From Hemiscyllium ocellatum (taxonomy: Eukaryota): 64,000 nucleotides of DNA. The stretch's first letter is position 1. Each line of letters starts with the position of its first letter. Of the stretch, positions 1-11,261 are shown in pieces. The stretch spans positions 1,922,001-1,986,000 of the forward strand of contig NW_026867509.1 in assembly GCF_020745735.1 (NCBI RefSeq), read 5' to 3'. Below the pieces are notes generated by a model. The model made no database searches and had not been told where the DNA came from. It saw nothing but the letters and a program-made list of their open reading frames with translations. A program made the position numbers and the translations under genes.

Positions 1-635
1 CAATGTTATTATCTTTGATACTCTCGTTGTTGTGTGTTCTGGGCGGCCTCACAACATGTTGCATTAAGTCTTCTTCCCATTAGCTTCAACAACATGAAAG
101 AAAGAATGAAACAAACCAACAAACAAACAAAGTAATTGATGCAGCATCTTCTATGAACCCAAGGATATCCAAACCATTTTAGTCACAATTAAGTAGTTTT
201 TTATTTGTAATGTTGGAAATACAAAATCAATGGTGAGCAAAGTGTGATTCCACAAAAGAAAATCGAGCAGCAATCTGTTTTCAGTTCTAACATATGATGG
301 ACAAATGTTGGTGAAGGGCGACAGGGATAAACTGTTTTTTTTCTAGAATTCCAGCAGTGAAGTGTTACACACTCCAAATCAGAGATTGAAAACAGTCAGT
401 GGTTTAGCATCTCATTCAGAAAGACGCCGCATCTGATAGCTTATCATTCCTTTAGCATTTGCAACAGGTAAGTGTGGACGCTGGTCTGTGAGCATCACAA
501 TTCTGACTCAGTGAACGCACTACATCTGACACCAGGTAAAAAGAGGGGGAGGATGCTGATCAATCAGTCATTCCAATCTTTGTGTTCCTTTTTCTCACTG
601 TTTTATGCAACCAATGATCCAGGCAAAGGGAAAAG

Positions 636-1480
636 TTAACATTTTCTGCAGCTCCTTTCTGAATTGGACTGGGCAACTGTCAAAATGAAGAAATTGTTGT
701 AAGAACAGAGCAATTGGCGCATGCTGGTCTTCTTTTGAAAGATGCATTGTGAGTCGGTGATATGCAGGCTGGTGAAATAAACCTTACCTGTAAATTGGAC
801 ACAGAGCGAAACCCAGTATGCATGATCCACAGGCAGAGCAAGCTGAGAGAGATTGGAAAGAACAACGAATGTCTTGCAGTTGGGCATCACTGGGTGTCTG
901 CCAATCTCAATAACCCAGAATCACTTACGGGCTCAGCTAGCCACTAGATTACATGTTACAGTTAGGGCATTGAGTAGGAAAATGAAGGTGAATGGCAGAA
1001 ATGAGTTTAATAAATGGTCCATCCAGTCATAGACCTGCCAGACAGGGAACCTATGGAAAGTCGATTTGATGTCGCAGAACCAGGGTACTCCATCTAACAA
1101 GTTTAGTGGCTGGTGGATGAAATTGAAAGAACTGGTCCAAAGCACAGACTATTCATATGAACAGCAATTCAGTTTTCTCAGTGTAATATCTGATCTTCAG
1201 ATTTTACAGCAGATGGTCAGAAAGCAGCCCATGATGAATGACACTTTCAGTCACACTGAACAACATGAGCAACAAAAACTAGCACAGTTCTGAATCTACA
1301 CACAGCGGTGGTAGAAAGCAGACTATACCGAAAGTAGAGGCGGGTGACCCGGTCGTGGATGACTGCTATGATCATAACAAGGAAACCTGACACTGCTCTC
1401 GTCACGAGGTACTAGGGAATGCACTGAAAATGTCCACACTATTTTCAGCACAGGATTGCACAATCACCACCAAGTTGTTT
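636..1480 (-). pseudogene. GPR139-like class A GPCR pseudogene (exon 2, TM1-TM7, copy A)
   Basis: Fragments such as NLVVIV, AVSGFLVMIIAVIHDRVTRLYFRYSLL, WQVYDWMDHLLNSFLPFTFIFLLNALTV, FPISLSLLCLW and QLLCSYNNFF align by eye with the copies at 22 kb and 42 kb. Many stops and frameshifts; exon 1 not found. Confidence 0.85.
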
Positions 1481-1889
1481 ATGAGGGATAAAAACAAGGA
1501 TTTCTCTTACAAAGTGGGCTTAAGTCACCAACCATTGCCTGACCCAAGCTATTGTTGAAACTATCCAGATGTGTCCAGTTGCCAACTCCAAAGTTAATGC
1601 TAATTAATCCACACCGCATGCTCAGTTGAACATTTCCTAATACAGGTATCGTTGCAAATGTTGATTAACACAGCATCCGCTGTATGATGCTCAGTCAATC
1701 CAATTTAGTGCTAAAAACATTTAGCTCAGTTATATTTGCTCATTGCTGAGTATGGTGATATGGCTATTCGGGCTTTTTTTAAACTGGCACAGACAATCAA
1801 AGGAAATGCGAACTGATGTAGTATTAAGCTAGTTTAAGCTAGCTCTGATTGTTGATATGACTTTTATATCTGGTTACTGGAGCAATAGG

Positions 1890-2220
1890 AAGTAGTGGTG
1901 GCCCGGTGGCTCTCAGGGCCAGGGACCTGGGGTTTAATTCCAACCTTGGGTGACTGGCTGTGTGGAGTTTGCACATTCCAGACGTGTCTGCGTGTGTTTC
2001 CCTTGACTGCCCTGGTTTCCTGCCACAATCTAAAGATGTGAAGGTTAGGTGCACTAGCCATGACAAATTGCGCATAAGGTTCAGGGATGTGCAGGTATGA
2101 TGCAGTAGTCAAAGGGTGATAATAGGCTTGGGCAATGCGTCTCGGTGCATTACTCTTTGGAGGGTCAGCATGGACTTGTGAAATTGAAGGGCCTGTTTCC
2201 ATACTTTAGTTATTCTATGA
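1890..2220 (+). mobile_element. tRNA-derived SINE (HE1-like) with CR1-type tail
   Basis: Box-B-like GGTTTAATTCC, core TGTGTGGAGTTTGCACATT and tail GAAGGGCCTGTTTCC. Related copies at 26.7 kb and 59.6 kb. Confidence 0.75.
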
Positions 2221-2929
2221 AGTACAACACCAAAACTTTTTGTGGGACTGTTGAAATAGAAATTGATGACACACTAAAATAAACGTTGAACACAAATACT
2301 CACCCTTGTTCTGATGTAGTCCACATCCACACATACTCCATAATTCACATTTTGGATCATTGACAACAGGAATATTGGAATGGCGAATTGTTTTTTGTTC
2401 AGTGTAAATAACTTTACAATGGCTGCTAGTTTGTGCTACTCATTTCGATTTGAACTTGCTGTTTACCTATTTTGTTGCAAGTGTATTGGGCATTCAGTTC
2501 TAGAGGCACTTAACAAGTTATAGCTTTTTGTTTATCCTCCAGTCATTTCTCTTAATTTCCTCTTAGATTTGTGCTCTCTTTACCCTTATGTCACGACCAA
2601 GTTGTCATTTTGTCACACTCTTCCACTCTTTAATTTACTGCACTCTCCGAAATTTCATTAATTATCCTGCAACATTTAGTTTCAAATCTTTGCGACCTTC
2701 CTAGTTTCGTAAATTCACATCAACAAAGCTACCAGCACCACACAGCTTATTGTGGCCTCATTTTTGCAAATACCACATTCACCAGTACCAATGCCGCTGC
2801 ATGACTTCTCCTTCAGCAATCATTCAGAAAATCATTCATTTTCCTAACATAACTTTTTCTATTCCACATGGTCAACACGAACTTTGACATTCAGCTTCAT
2901 AATTTCATACTTCGTACAGATTTCAAAGA

Positions 2930-3330
2930 ACCTCTGCCGTTTATCCACCTGCGCCATTTGTACATGAGTGCAAGGATGGGATACTCTCCTTGCAGATCCT
3001 CTCCGTCACAATTCATATTCCTCTCCCTTAGATGACGTACTAAAATCTGGCACCACTCAGACAGCATATAAGATACTGAAGGGGATCGATACAGCACATA
3101 AAGAGAGGAAGTATATTCTTGTTGAGGAATCTAAAACGGAGGGGGCAGAGTAATGAAAAAGACAGTCCCAGTCTTTAGAGATTTGAGGGAGGACTTATTT
3201 TCTTTGAGGGTCATAATTCTTTGAGATTCTGTTTCCCTCAGTACAATGCCATCCAATTCATAGTGGCTAGATAAAGCGTGAACGAGACGGAATCTCTGAA
3301 AATGTGAGGTAGAGCAAATGGTGAGGAAGA
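2930..3330 (+). mobile_element. Degenerate CR1-type LINE 3' fragment
   Basis: AYKILKGID..EESKTEG-type RT tail sequence, similar to other CR1 3' ends in the window. Confidence 0.6.
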
Positions 3331-3539
3331 CTCAAACAACCAAGGAATAGATTGAGACAGCCAACCATATTTATTCCTAATGAATAGTGACTGAAGAACC
3401 AGCCAATTGCAACTGGAAGTCATGCCACCCGAGTTTTTCAGTAAGTAAAGCTCCCTTTTGATCTGCGATCAGTCGCTGATATAAGACTATAAAAGCCATC
3501 GTTTTACACAGCGTATTATTTGCTGTTGAACTACGAACC

Positions 3540-3929
3540 ATGTATACTCTGTGTTATACGCTGATACTCGTGGCTATGCTGCTCGGTGCGTCTGAGCTGA
3601 AACCGTCATTACATGTTTCATTGCTTTTTGCTGCACACACCTTTTTGATCCATTTTTTATCCATAATTCAGTTTTCCAGGATCCGTTTCAGTTTACCTTC
3701 ATGAAGGACAGACTCTAAAACTGAACTGTAGCTACACAACAGAATCCTCGAATCCATCCAGTATTCCAGGGAAACTCTTGAGATATTTGAGATCTAAAGG
3801 GGGAAGGGAGATAAGTCTCCAGAGTTTTCTGAGCAGCTTTCTCTAATTTGGACGAAGACAAACAAAGAGTTCCTTTCAATTCTTGTCTCTGACTCTACCG
3901 CCTATGACTGCACACTGCTGCCCATGCTG
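3540..3929 (+). pseudogene. TCR V pseudogene (leader exon + V exon, degenerate RSS)
   Basis: TATAAAA at 3488-3494. Leader 3540-3585 MYTLCYTLILVAMLLG/gt. Acceptor ttttccag at 3679. V exon GSVSVYLHEGQTLKLNCSYTTESS has lost the WY motif, has stops and frameshifts, and ends VSDSTAYDCTLLP. Degenerate heptamer CATGCTG at 3923-3929. Confidence 0.8.
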
Positions 3930-4511
3930 TTGTAGAGGTGCAGTCAAACAATAAACAACTTTTACCTCTACCCATTCACAGATTCTGACCTGCGTTATGA
4001 ATTGCTAACATGGTCAAAACTTACAAAAGCCACTTTTTCCAACGATTTCTTTCTGTGTTGCGTTCTGTACAAAATCCTTCTTTACAGCTGTTGTATGTAT
4101 TATTCATGGCACAACTCATTGCAAGACGGACTCCGAAATTAAGACAGCAACAAAATTCGTTATTGCACGTCACTACCCTCACTCAAAGATTGACACTTCA
4201 GAGAACCATGCTTTCAAATGATATCTGTCTTGTTATTTGTTTGTATCCCAAAGAGCCGTCATTTTCGGTTTCTTTCAGAATGATGTTGACAGAGTTGTGA
4301 TCTTAGATTATGCAAGATCTTGGATGCACTGTAGATCACAAATGTCCGATTGAATGGCAGAGCAGTCTAAAGGGCCAAATAGCCACTGCAACTCACACTC
4401 TGTGTTCATGTGACTGACTCTCTGTGGGCATTGACAGGAAAACAGAGGCTTTGTCAGCTGATTGTGTGTCACAGCGTGTCTGCGTCAGATATGAATCAAT
4501 CGTCATCGAAA

Positions 4512-4525
4512 CCGGAAGTGACGTC
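4512..4525 (+). promoter_or_regulatory. ETS-CRE composite motif upstream of V leader
   Basis: CCGGAAGTGACGTC about 124 bp upstream of the ATG at 4649. The same 12-mer occurs upstream of the V at 7413. Confidence 0.7.
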
Positions 4526-4648
4526 TTCCCAATTTTGATTTGAAACTGGTCAGCTTCTGTATCTTCTATTCAAACCCACAACTGGCTCTGAGCTGATACC
4601 GTTCATTTATAGCTCGCTCTGTTTAAACCCACTGCTTGCTCTTTAAGG

Positions 4649-5154
4649 ATGTCTCCTCATATTACTTACTTATTCGTCACCTTCACAGTTCTCTTAAATG
4701 GTAAGTTGCTGAGTTTTAAAACGTACGCAATATGGGATCAGCAGTCTCCCCCTTCAGCTGTCTTTCACTGTATTATGATACATGTCTTTAATTTGAAAAT
4801 AGTTATTAGACTCGTCCATTAAATTCATTTTTTCTAAATTTCAGTTGGTGTCAATTGTGCAAACCATGTCTCACAGAAGCCGGTTACAATAGCACAGATT
4901 GAAGGAGATTCAGTAACTATTTATTTCAGCTATTCAACCACTGTTGATTCATATTCCTTACAATTGTACCGCCAAGATCCGGGTACACCCCCGACATTCT
5001 TGATCTACATCCCTAAATACGGGAAAGTCTTCAAAGCAAAAGATGTTGGCGATCGATTTTCTGCATCTCTGGACACTTCCAGTACGGAGGGGAATTTTAC
5101 CATCAGCAGACTTCAGCTGTCTGCCATCGCGATGTATTACTGTGCGCTCAGAGA
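4649..5154 (+). CDS. TRAV/TRDV-type V segment, open frame but lacking Cys23 and Trp41 (ORF or non-functional)
   Basis: Leader 4649-4700 MSPHITYLFVTFTVLLN/gtaag. Intron ends tttcag at 4844. V exon 4845-5154 GVNCANHVSQKPVTIAQIEGDSVTIYFSYSTTVDSYSLQLYRQDPG...LQLSAIAMYYCALR. Confidence 0.9.
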
Positions 5155-5193
5155 CACAGTGAGTGGAAGTAGAGGGAGTCTCGTACATAAACA
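5155..5193 (+). other. 23-RSS
   Basis: CACAGTG, 23-nt spacer, ACATAAACA. Confidence 0.92.
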
Positions 5194-6167
5194 CCGCCCA
5201 ATGTAACAAAATGCAAAGTGTGGCTGGTATAGTTGGGGGTACAGTCGGAAATAACATTTACTTCCTCAATTTATACAAGAATTCACTGAATTCAAATGAA
5301 CCAAAGCAATTAATAAGGCGACAGCATTGGGGCAGGTGTGTTGTCCTCAGGTGATATCGAATACATCTTGAATAAAATGCAAATATGTGATTAGCGAATC
5401 TATGCCATTCTGAAAATTAAAATCATTGTAATCGAATGACTATCAAAAATATTCCAACCCGTAAAGAAGGTGTTTAGAACAGAACATGAGGCAAAGGTAC
5501 TAAATCGTGTGGAATGCAGAGGAAACTGAAAACCGTACCTACAGTCTTATGTGGAATATCTAGATTTGCAAGAGAAATTTTATCAATCTCAAAGGTATAT
5601 TTTCAATTATGCTTTTGAACACGGGGTGATTTCTGATCATCCAATGTACATTTTGGGAAATTGGAGCTCACTATTCCTATGAGGCAGATTATTTCTGAAG
5701 TTAGCTTTGATCATTTGCTTGCATTGATAACAATCATTTTTGCACCTGCCAAAATTGTAGAGGCTTAGAATTAATATGTGTAAGTATCTTTAATACGGAG
5801 AGGCCTGTAATCAGGTTTGTACAATTGTCTGGACTTTCACTGTACGTACTTCAGTGTCCACAATAAACTGTAATTTAAATTTTAAACTACCCTTCCTCTC
5901 TGAAACTACGAGAGCATATCTCCTTCTAGAAAGAAAGGATTTTCTTTCTTTATGACGAGTTCCAAGAGATCGCCAAATCAACAGTACTCTTTTATTTCCT
6001 GCAGACGTCACTAACAGCGGTAATAATTGACGTTAATATTTTAAATCATCTTTATATGCACTATGCTCAAGGCTTTTCCGCACTGGTATCTACTGAAGTA
6101 ACAGTGTGCGACATCCTGTTGAGAACAGCCTTCGACAGGCAACAGCTGTGACCCAGAAACCTGCAGC

Positions 6168-6206
6168 AGTTATTGTACAAGGCTTTCACTCGTTCTCATC
6201 ACAGTG
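6168..6206 (-). other. 23-RSS
   Basis: CACTGTG, 23-nt spacer, ACAATAACT on the minus strand directly after YYCGMS. Confidence 0.88.
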
Positions 6207-7413
6207 ATGCTCATTCCACAGTAATACACCGCGGTGTCAGACGGCACCAGCTCTGATATTGTCAATCGGTACAACTTGTCAGATTTTTGGATTGTATCAG
6301 CAAACCGGGTCTGAGCAAAATCCGCCTTAAATTCACCACCTCCGCTCTCGACCCTCCGGACTGCGAACTCGGGTTGCCTGCCCGGGTACTGACGGTACCA
6401 GAACAAGTAATAAGCATTGCTGGTGTACGTGCAGTTTAAAGTCACATCTTCTCCCTCTGTCTGTGTGACCAAGAGCTCCCGCTGACTAACAGAATCTCCA
6501 TCGCTCAGACCTGGAATACAGGGTTAAAGAAAGCGGAAATCGTTGATTAGATGTACAGTTAAAAATGCATGCTGATGGCTAAAATGTCGCATTCCGTTTG
6601 ATGTAAGTTTAAACAGGAATGTTATCATAAAACAAAAAAAAAGTTACTCCAGGTGCTGGAAAGCTCAGTTGTGAAGAAATGCTACTGGATCCGAAACTGC
6701 TTTAATCCTGTTTTTTTTCTCCAAGATGCTATCAAAGTTATGGAGTTTTCCCAGCAATATCTGTTTTCTTTTAAAATAAGAAATGCTTCAGAAAAAGTGG
6801 AAAATATTCGTTTTAGCAATCCACACGAGAATCTACCTTCCCCCTCTTGCTCTAATTTTATTTGTATGTCCATCTTTCGATCTCTTCATTATCTGTTTAG
6901 AAGACTCCCTCTTCATGACTTTATGGCCTGACTCAACTCAACCTGATGCCAGTGAGTTTCATGTTCTGAAGCCAAAGCAGAATTTCCTTAGCTTTTCCAT
7001 TCTATCACGTTTCTTACCCCTTTACTAAGACTCGTCGTTTTGGAATCCTGCATCATCTGAAACATTGTCTCCATGTTGACCGCTCCAAAAACATTTGTCA
7101 ATCTTATCTTTATTAGAGAAACTAAGTATCACGTTTTGGGTTGTACTTTTCCAAAGCTATCACCCCTTAAAGCTGGTATCATTACTGCAATTAATCATAT
7201 CGTGTTTTGTGTCCCTGTGTTCTTCCTGCAAGATATAGAGAAAATCGGTTCACAATGGCTGAAGTGTAAAGCAGCCAGAATTGAATATTTACTGAAAAAG
7301 ATACGGGTTTGGATCACACATAGCAATAGACAAATTCAACACTTCTCTTCAGTGTAAAACTTCTTACCAATGATGAATGCCACGGAAACCAACACGAAAA
7401 CTGAGAACTGCAT
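6207..7413 (-). CDS. TRAV/TRDV-type V segment, apparently functional
   Basis: Leader 7413-7368 MQFSVFVLVSVAFIIG/gtaag. 857-nt intron. V exon 6510-6207 LSDGDSVSQRELLVTQTEGEDVTLNCTYTSNAYYLFWYRQYPG...ELVPSDTAVYYCGMS, with Cys23, Trp41 and Cys104 intact. Confidence 0.93.
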
Positions 7414-7514
7414 CACTGCTGCTCTGGTTTCTGACCACTTGTTTGTGTCTCAGAAATCTGCAGAATATCGAATATGAGAAAAAATGAGACCCAGAGCATT
7501 GGCTGAGATTAGTC

Positions 7515-7527
7515 TGACGTCACTTCC
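7515..7527 (-). promoter_or_regulatory. ETS-CRE composite motif upstream of V leader
   Basis: GGAAGTGACGTCA (full CRE palindrome) on the minus strand about 102 bp upstream of the ATG at 7413. Confidence 0.72.
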
Positions 7528-9325
7528 TTCACAGCAAGCTGCGATGATCACAGAATCTGTTTGCCTGTGTCATTTTCGCCAAAAACTCTGTCTTTCAGCC
7601 ACAAAACTTACAGTCTGCTCGTCAGAAAAAAAAACAGGTTTGACATAGACAGCCTGGTTTCTAATAAACCCGATAAACGTTAATCTGAAATATTTAACTC
7701 AAAGAACTACAATGTACAGGAAGATCCTTTGTTTATTTTATTCAAAGTGACTGATCAGACTGAATTTGTAGATGGGTTTGGCTTCAATTAATTTTGTACT
7801 GCAGACACACAGGGTATTTTTTGTCACTTTCACTCAGGGATTGACGGTTGTTGAATGGATGAACTTTGGGTATCTGAAGCCCGAAAGGGAACCAACATTG
7901 TGAGGTGGGCAGATCCAGTGGAGATTGTCAATTCGAAATGTGTTGGGATATTTTTCATGGGAGGTGGAAATGATTGTCCAGGATTCCTCCTGCGAACAGA
8001 ACACATACCAGTATTGAACGAACATCGTGAAATCGGATTGATGTTTGGAGGCTTTGGTTGAGGCATGTTTCAAAGAATGGAACCAGTTCTTTGAGAAATA
8101 TGGCCACTTCATAAGAACGCAGGAGAAAGGAACAAAGTGGATTTATTCAGCAGACAACAGGATTTCCGAGAGACCTTTAACCAATTTCGGCAATTAATTG
8201 TTTTATGTTTCAACAGTCAAAGTCAGAGAAGGAACACAGATCATGTTGCTCGAGGATCAGAAATGGAGGTATCCAATTGACAGAGTTGTTGTCCGACTAT
8301 GCGAGCTTCCTTCACCCCATGCAGACGGTCAGTGGGTCTGAGGAATTTGGGCTTAGTGATGAGGTGGATAAACAGCTACCTTCGTTATTATCGAAATGAG
8401 AGTGATTTTTTTTTATTTTCGCTGCATTAACTGGTGAGATTAAATATAAACAGAATTCACTTTAGCTTTTATTTACGACATTGCAAATGTAACTGATGTA
8501 CCAATGCCAGATTCTATGTAGTTCCTGAAAGAATATGGTTCGCTGCCTCATTTTGAAGGAATATTACAGCCAAATATCTGCTTTACCAACGGCGCTCAAA
8601 TGGCATAACGGATCTTTAAATAGACATTTGTGTAGTGTCTCTTTAGATCTGAATGGAAGTGACGGGAGAGCAGAGATGCACATTACCACAGCTTCAAATA
8701 TGGTCGGAAGTGCAAGTAATCCTGCCAAGTTTACAGATGACGTAAGTGCAAAACCACGTGGGGAGAACAAAAGGATGCAGAGACTTTAGAAGAGATAGAA
8801 ATCCCTGAACAAATCCATGGTCACTGAAATCTCCAGAAATGCTGCACAATCAGAAAATCAAAAAAAAGTAACGAGACGTGGTATCGAATTGTAGGTTTTT
8901 GGGAATCGTTTTCGAGACAATTGGATTGTGTAACTATTAGTAAAATGTCAGTAATGTTAAAGGAAAGGCCACTTTCTTTCATATTTCATTGATTTATGAT
9001 TAATTCTGATCTTTAATATCTGTGCATCACAATCGTTATACTTTGCATTCTTCCATTTCTCCTTGAATGGATTCTCATCATTCTGTCCTTTGCAAGTATT
9101 ATTGTTGTATTTCTCCCATTTATCTTTCTTTCCATTACTGTTGTTTGATTTCATGCATGATCGTGCATTATCTCCACGCACATTTCCAATTCTCTTCACT
9201 TCTGACTTGTTTACATCTTGTTTCTGCACATTTTATATTTTACTTCTCATTCCCCTTAACCATCATAATCGCATTCGTAACCTTGATACATCAAAACCAG
9301 GATGGCGGTCCTTCCACTAAGTGTA

Positions 9326-9364
9326 CATTTATGTTAAGTGAGTCCATCTGTTTGTAACACTGTG
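9326..9364 (-). other. 23-RSS of V pseudogene
   Basis: CACAGTG, TTACAAACAGATGGACTCACTTA (23), ACATAAATG. The spacer is shared with the RSSs at 55946 and 58625. Confidence 0.88.
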
Positions 9365-9697
9365 CACTGGTCACACAGAGATAAGTGGCGGTATGACTAA
9401 ATGTGGCGTCGCTCACAGTTAGGGTACGGTGTTCGTTGTCTGCACTGGTTGTAGTGGTGATCATGTTGTGCTAATCAGCTTATGTTGTGCTCATCACAAG
9501 ACTCTAACGTGGCTGACTCAGGAGCTGTCTGTACCAACGCATCGTGATAACTGCAGTGGTGTGAAGCAGTTGAAGAACTTGGTTCCCGTTTCATTAACAA
9601 CTGTCCACTGAGGACGTTGCGATACTTGATCTTCTCCAATCATTTCCAAGCAGGTCAATGTGGGAAGCAACAAAATGACTTTGTAAATCTGAAGCAT
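9365..9697 (-). pseudogene. V pseudogene of the single-exon leader-V family
   Basis: MLQIYKVILLLPTLTCLEMIGEDQVSQRPQWTVVNETGTKFFNC, then a frameshift, then WYRQLLSQP* with three stops, ending TLTVSDATFSHTATYLCVTS. Homologous to the Vs at 55.6 kb and 58.3 kb. Confidence 0.9.
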
Positions 9698-9922
9698 TGT
9701 CAAATTAATGAAAAGTAGAGTTAAGCAGCTGTTCACAGAGCTCCGTTTAGAACCAGGAAATAAATATTAAGTGTTAACAAGGATAACAAGAACCCTCCTC
9801 AAGTCTCACTTTGAGCAAACTTCCTGTCTGAGTTAAGGAAGTGGTTGTGTCTTGTTGATTGTCTCTCTCTGTTTAGGTCACTCTGGCTCCAGTCCTCCAG
9901 TTCGATATTCATTGCAGACACT

Positions 9923-9940
9923 CACTGCCTTCTAGTGGAA
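9923..9940 (-). promoter_or_regulatory. CTCF-type motif upstream of V
   Basis: TTCCACTAGAAGGCAGTG on the minus strand about 230 bp upstream of the ATG. Equivalent motifs precede both paralogues. Confidence 0.65.
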
Positions 9941-10014
9941 TTCTCTGGAAATTGCAAAATAGTTTTTTTTTCACACTACAATGTCAACGTGCCGATGTTT
10001 GACTGGGATACACA

Positions 10015-10265
10015 AACTTAAAAATCGCACAATACCAGGTTATTGTCTAACAGTTTTATTTAAAAGCACAAGATCTTGGAGCCCTGATTCTTCCTCAGGT
10101 AGATAGTGGCATGAGCTGCACGACATTTTGATTTTTTTTGCTGAAAATTCTGTGTTCAATGTTCCTGCCTGTCACGAACTACCTGACGAACGAGCAGTAT
10201 TCTAAAATTTTGTACTTTCATTTAAACTTGTTGGACTACAACCGGGTGTTGCATGATTTTTAAAT
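10015..10265. mobile_element. Short hairpin (inverted-repeat) non-autonomous element, internally deleted relative of 15420-16112
   Basis: Left arm aaaatcgcacaataccaggttattgtctaacag...tcaggtag is the imperfect reverse complement of right arm ctacctgacgaa...cttgttggactacaaccgggtgttgcatgatttt. Confidence 0.65.
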
Positions 10266-11261
10266 TTCTCACCACAGAGTGAGTTGCATGTGCAACAGTC
10301 TATGTTACTGAATTTGCCTTTGATAAGGTTGTGTCATGGGACGTTAAGATATTGGAATAGTTAGTTAAGCACTTCGATGGAGTAGCAGTCAAGCCAATTC
10401 TTTTATTTTATTTTATTTTCTGTCTGTATTTTAACTACAGTGTAAAAATAAAACGTGTCTTGCCTAAAGACAAGAACTTTGACCAATCGAACGACATCTG
10501 GAACGCAAAGCCTTCCATTTATCTTTAAAAAAGAAAAACTTAGGATCTATGCTTACTATATTTTGATGGGGTTTGGTTTGATTTGGTCCGTCACATTGTA
10601 TTTGCGCAGTTCATTTGACGACTCATGTTTTTCCTTCTGTGTATACATATGCATATCCGCTGTGTGTGCATGTGTGTTTGTGTGCGCGTGTGTATGTCTT
10701 TGAATATATGCACTTTCATCTCTGTGCAAAATGGGAGATACGTTTGGCTTGAGATTGAATGATTTTCAGTGTAAAAGCATCGCTCCTTGGTGCTGCTTTC
10801 TGATTCAAATGATACAATGCCACTTTCTGCTGGTGAATCGATGCTCTTGCAAATTCAGCAGATATTTGGGAAGGTATCACTTTTTTTGTGGCGTTTTCTT
10901 GAAAATATTTTCAAGGGATATTTTCCGATTTTCGAAATGTAGTAGAGCTAGAGGTCATTATCTGAACATATCAACTTTTGAAAGAACTTTCAATTTCAGA
11001 CAGAGATGAGAGAAATATTTCTTGCCGAGGGTTGTCAGTGTTTGGAATTACCTTCTGCAAAAGGCAGAGCCCACTATTTGGTGTAAAACTTTCGTTGATT
11101 CTCAAGGTCCACACATTAAGTAAGGGATGGACATTGATAAATAACCTTTCATGGCTGAGAATATCTCGAATTGTGTTTCAGGTAGTGGAGCATTTCTGAA
11201 GTGCAGCCGGTTTTGCTTAGAAAATTAGGAACCTGATTTCAGTATCAGAGATAAAGATACG

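Noticed and set aside
5985-6030. Strong acceptor ttttatttcctgcag followed by DVTNSGNN*
   Set aside because: Stops after 8 codons, with no V motifs or matching leader.
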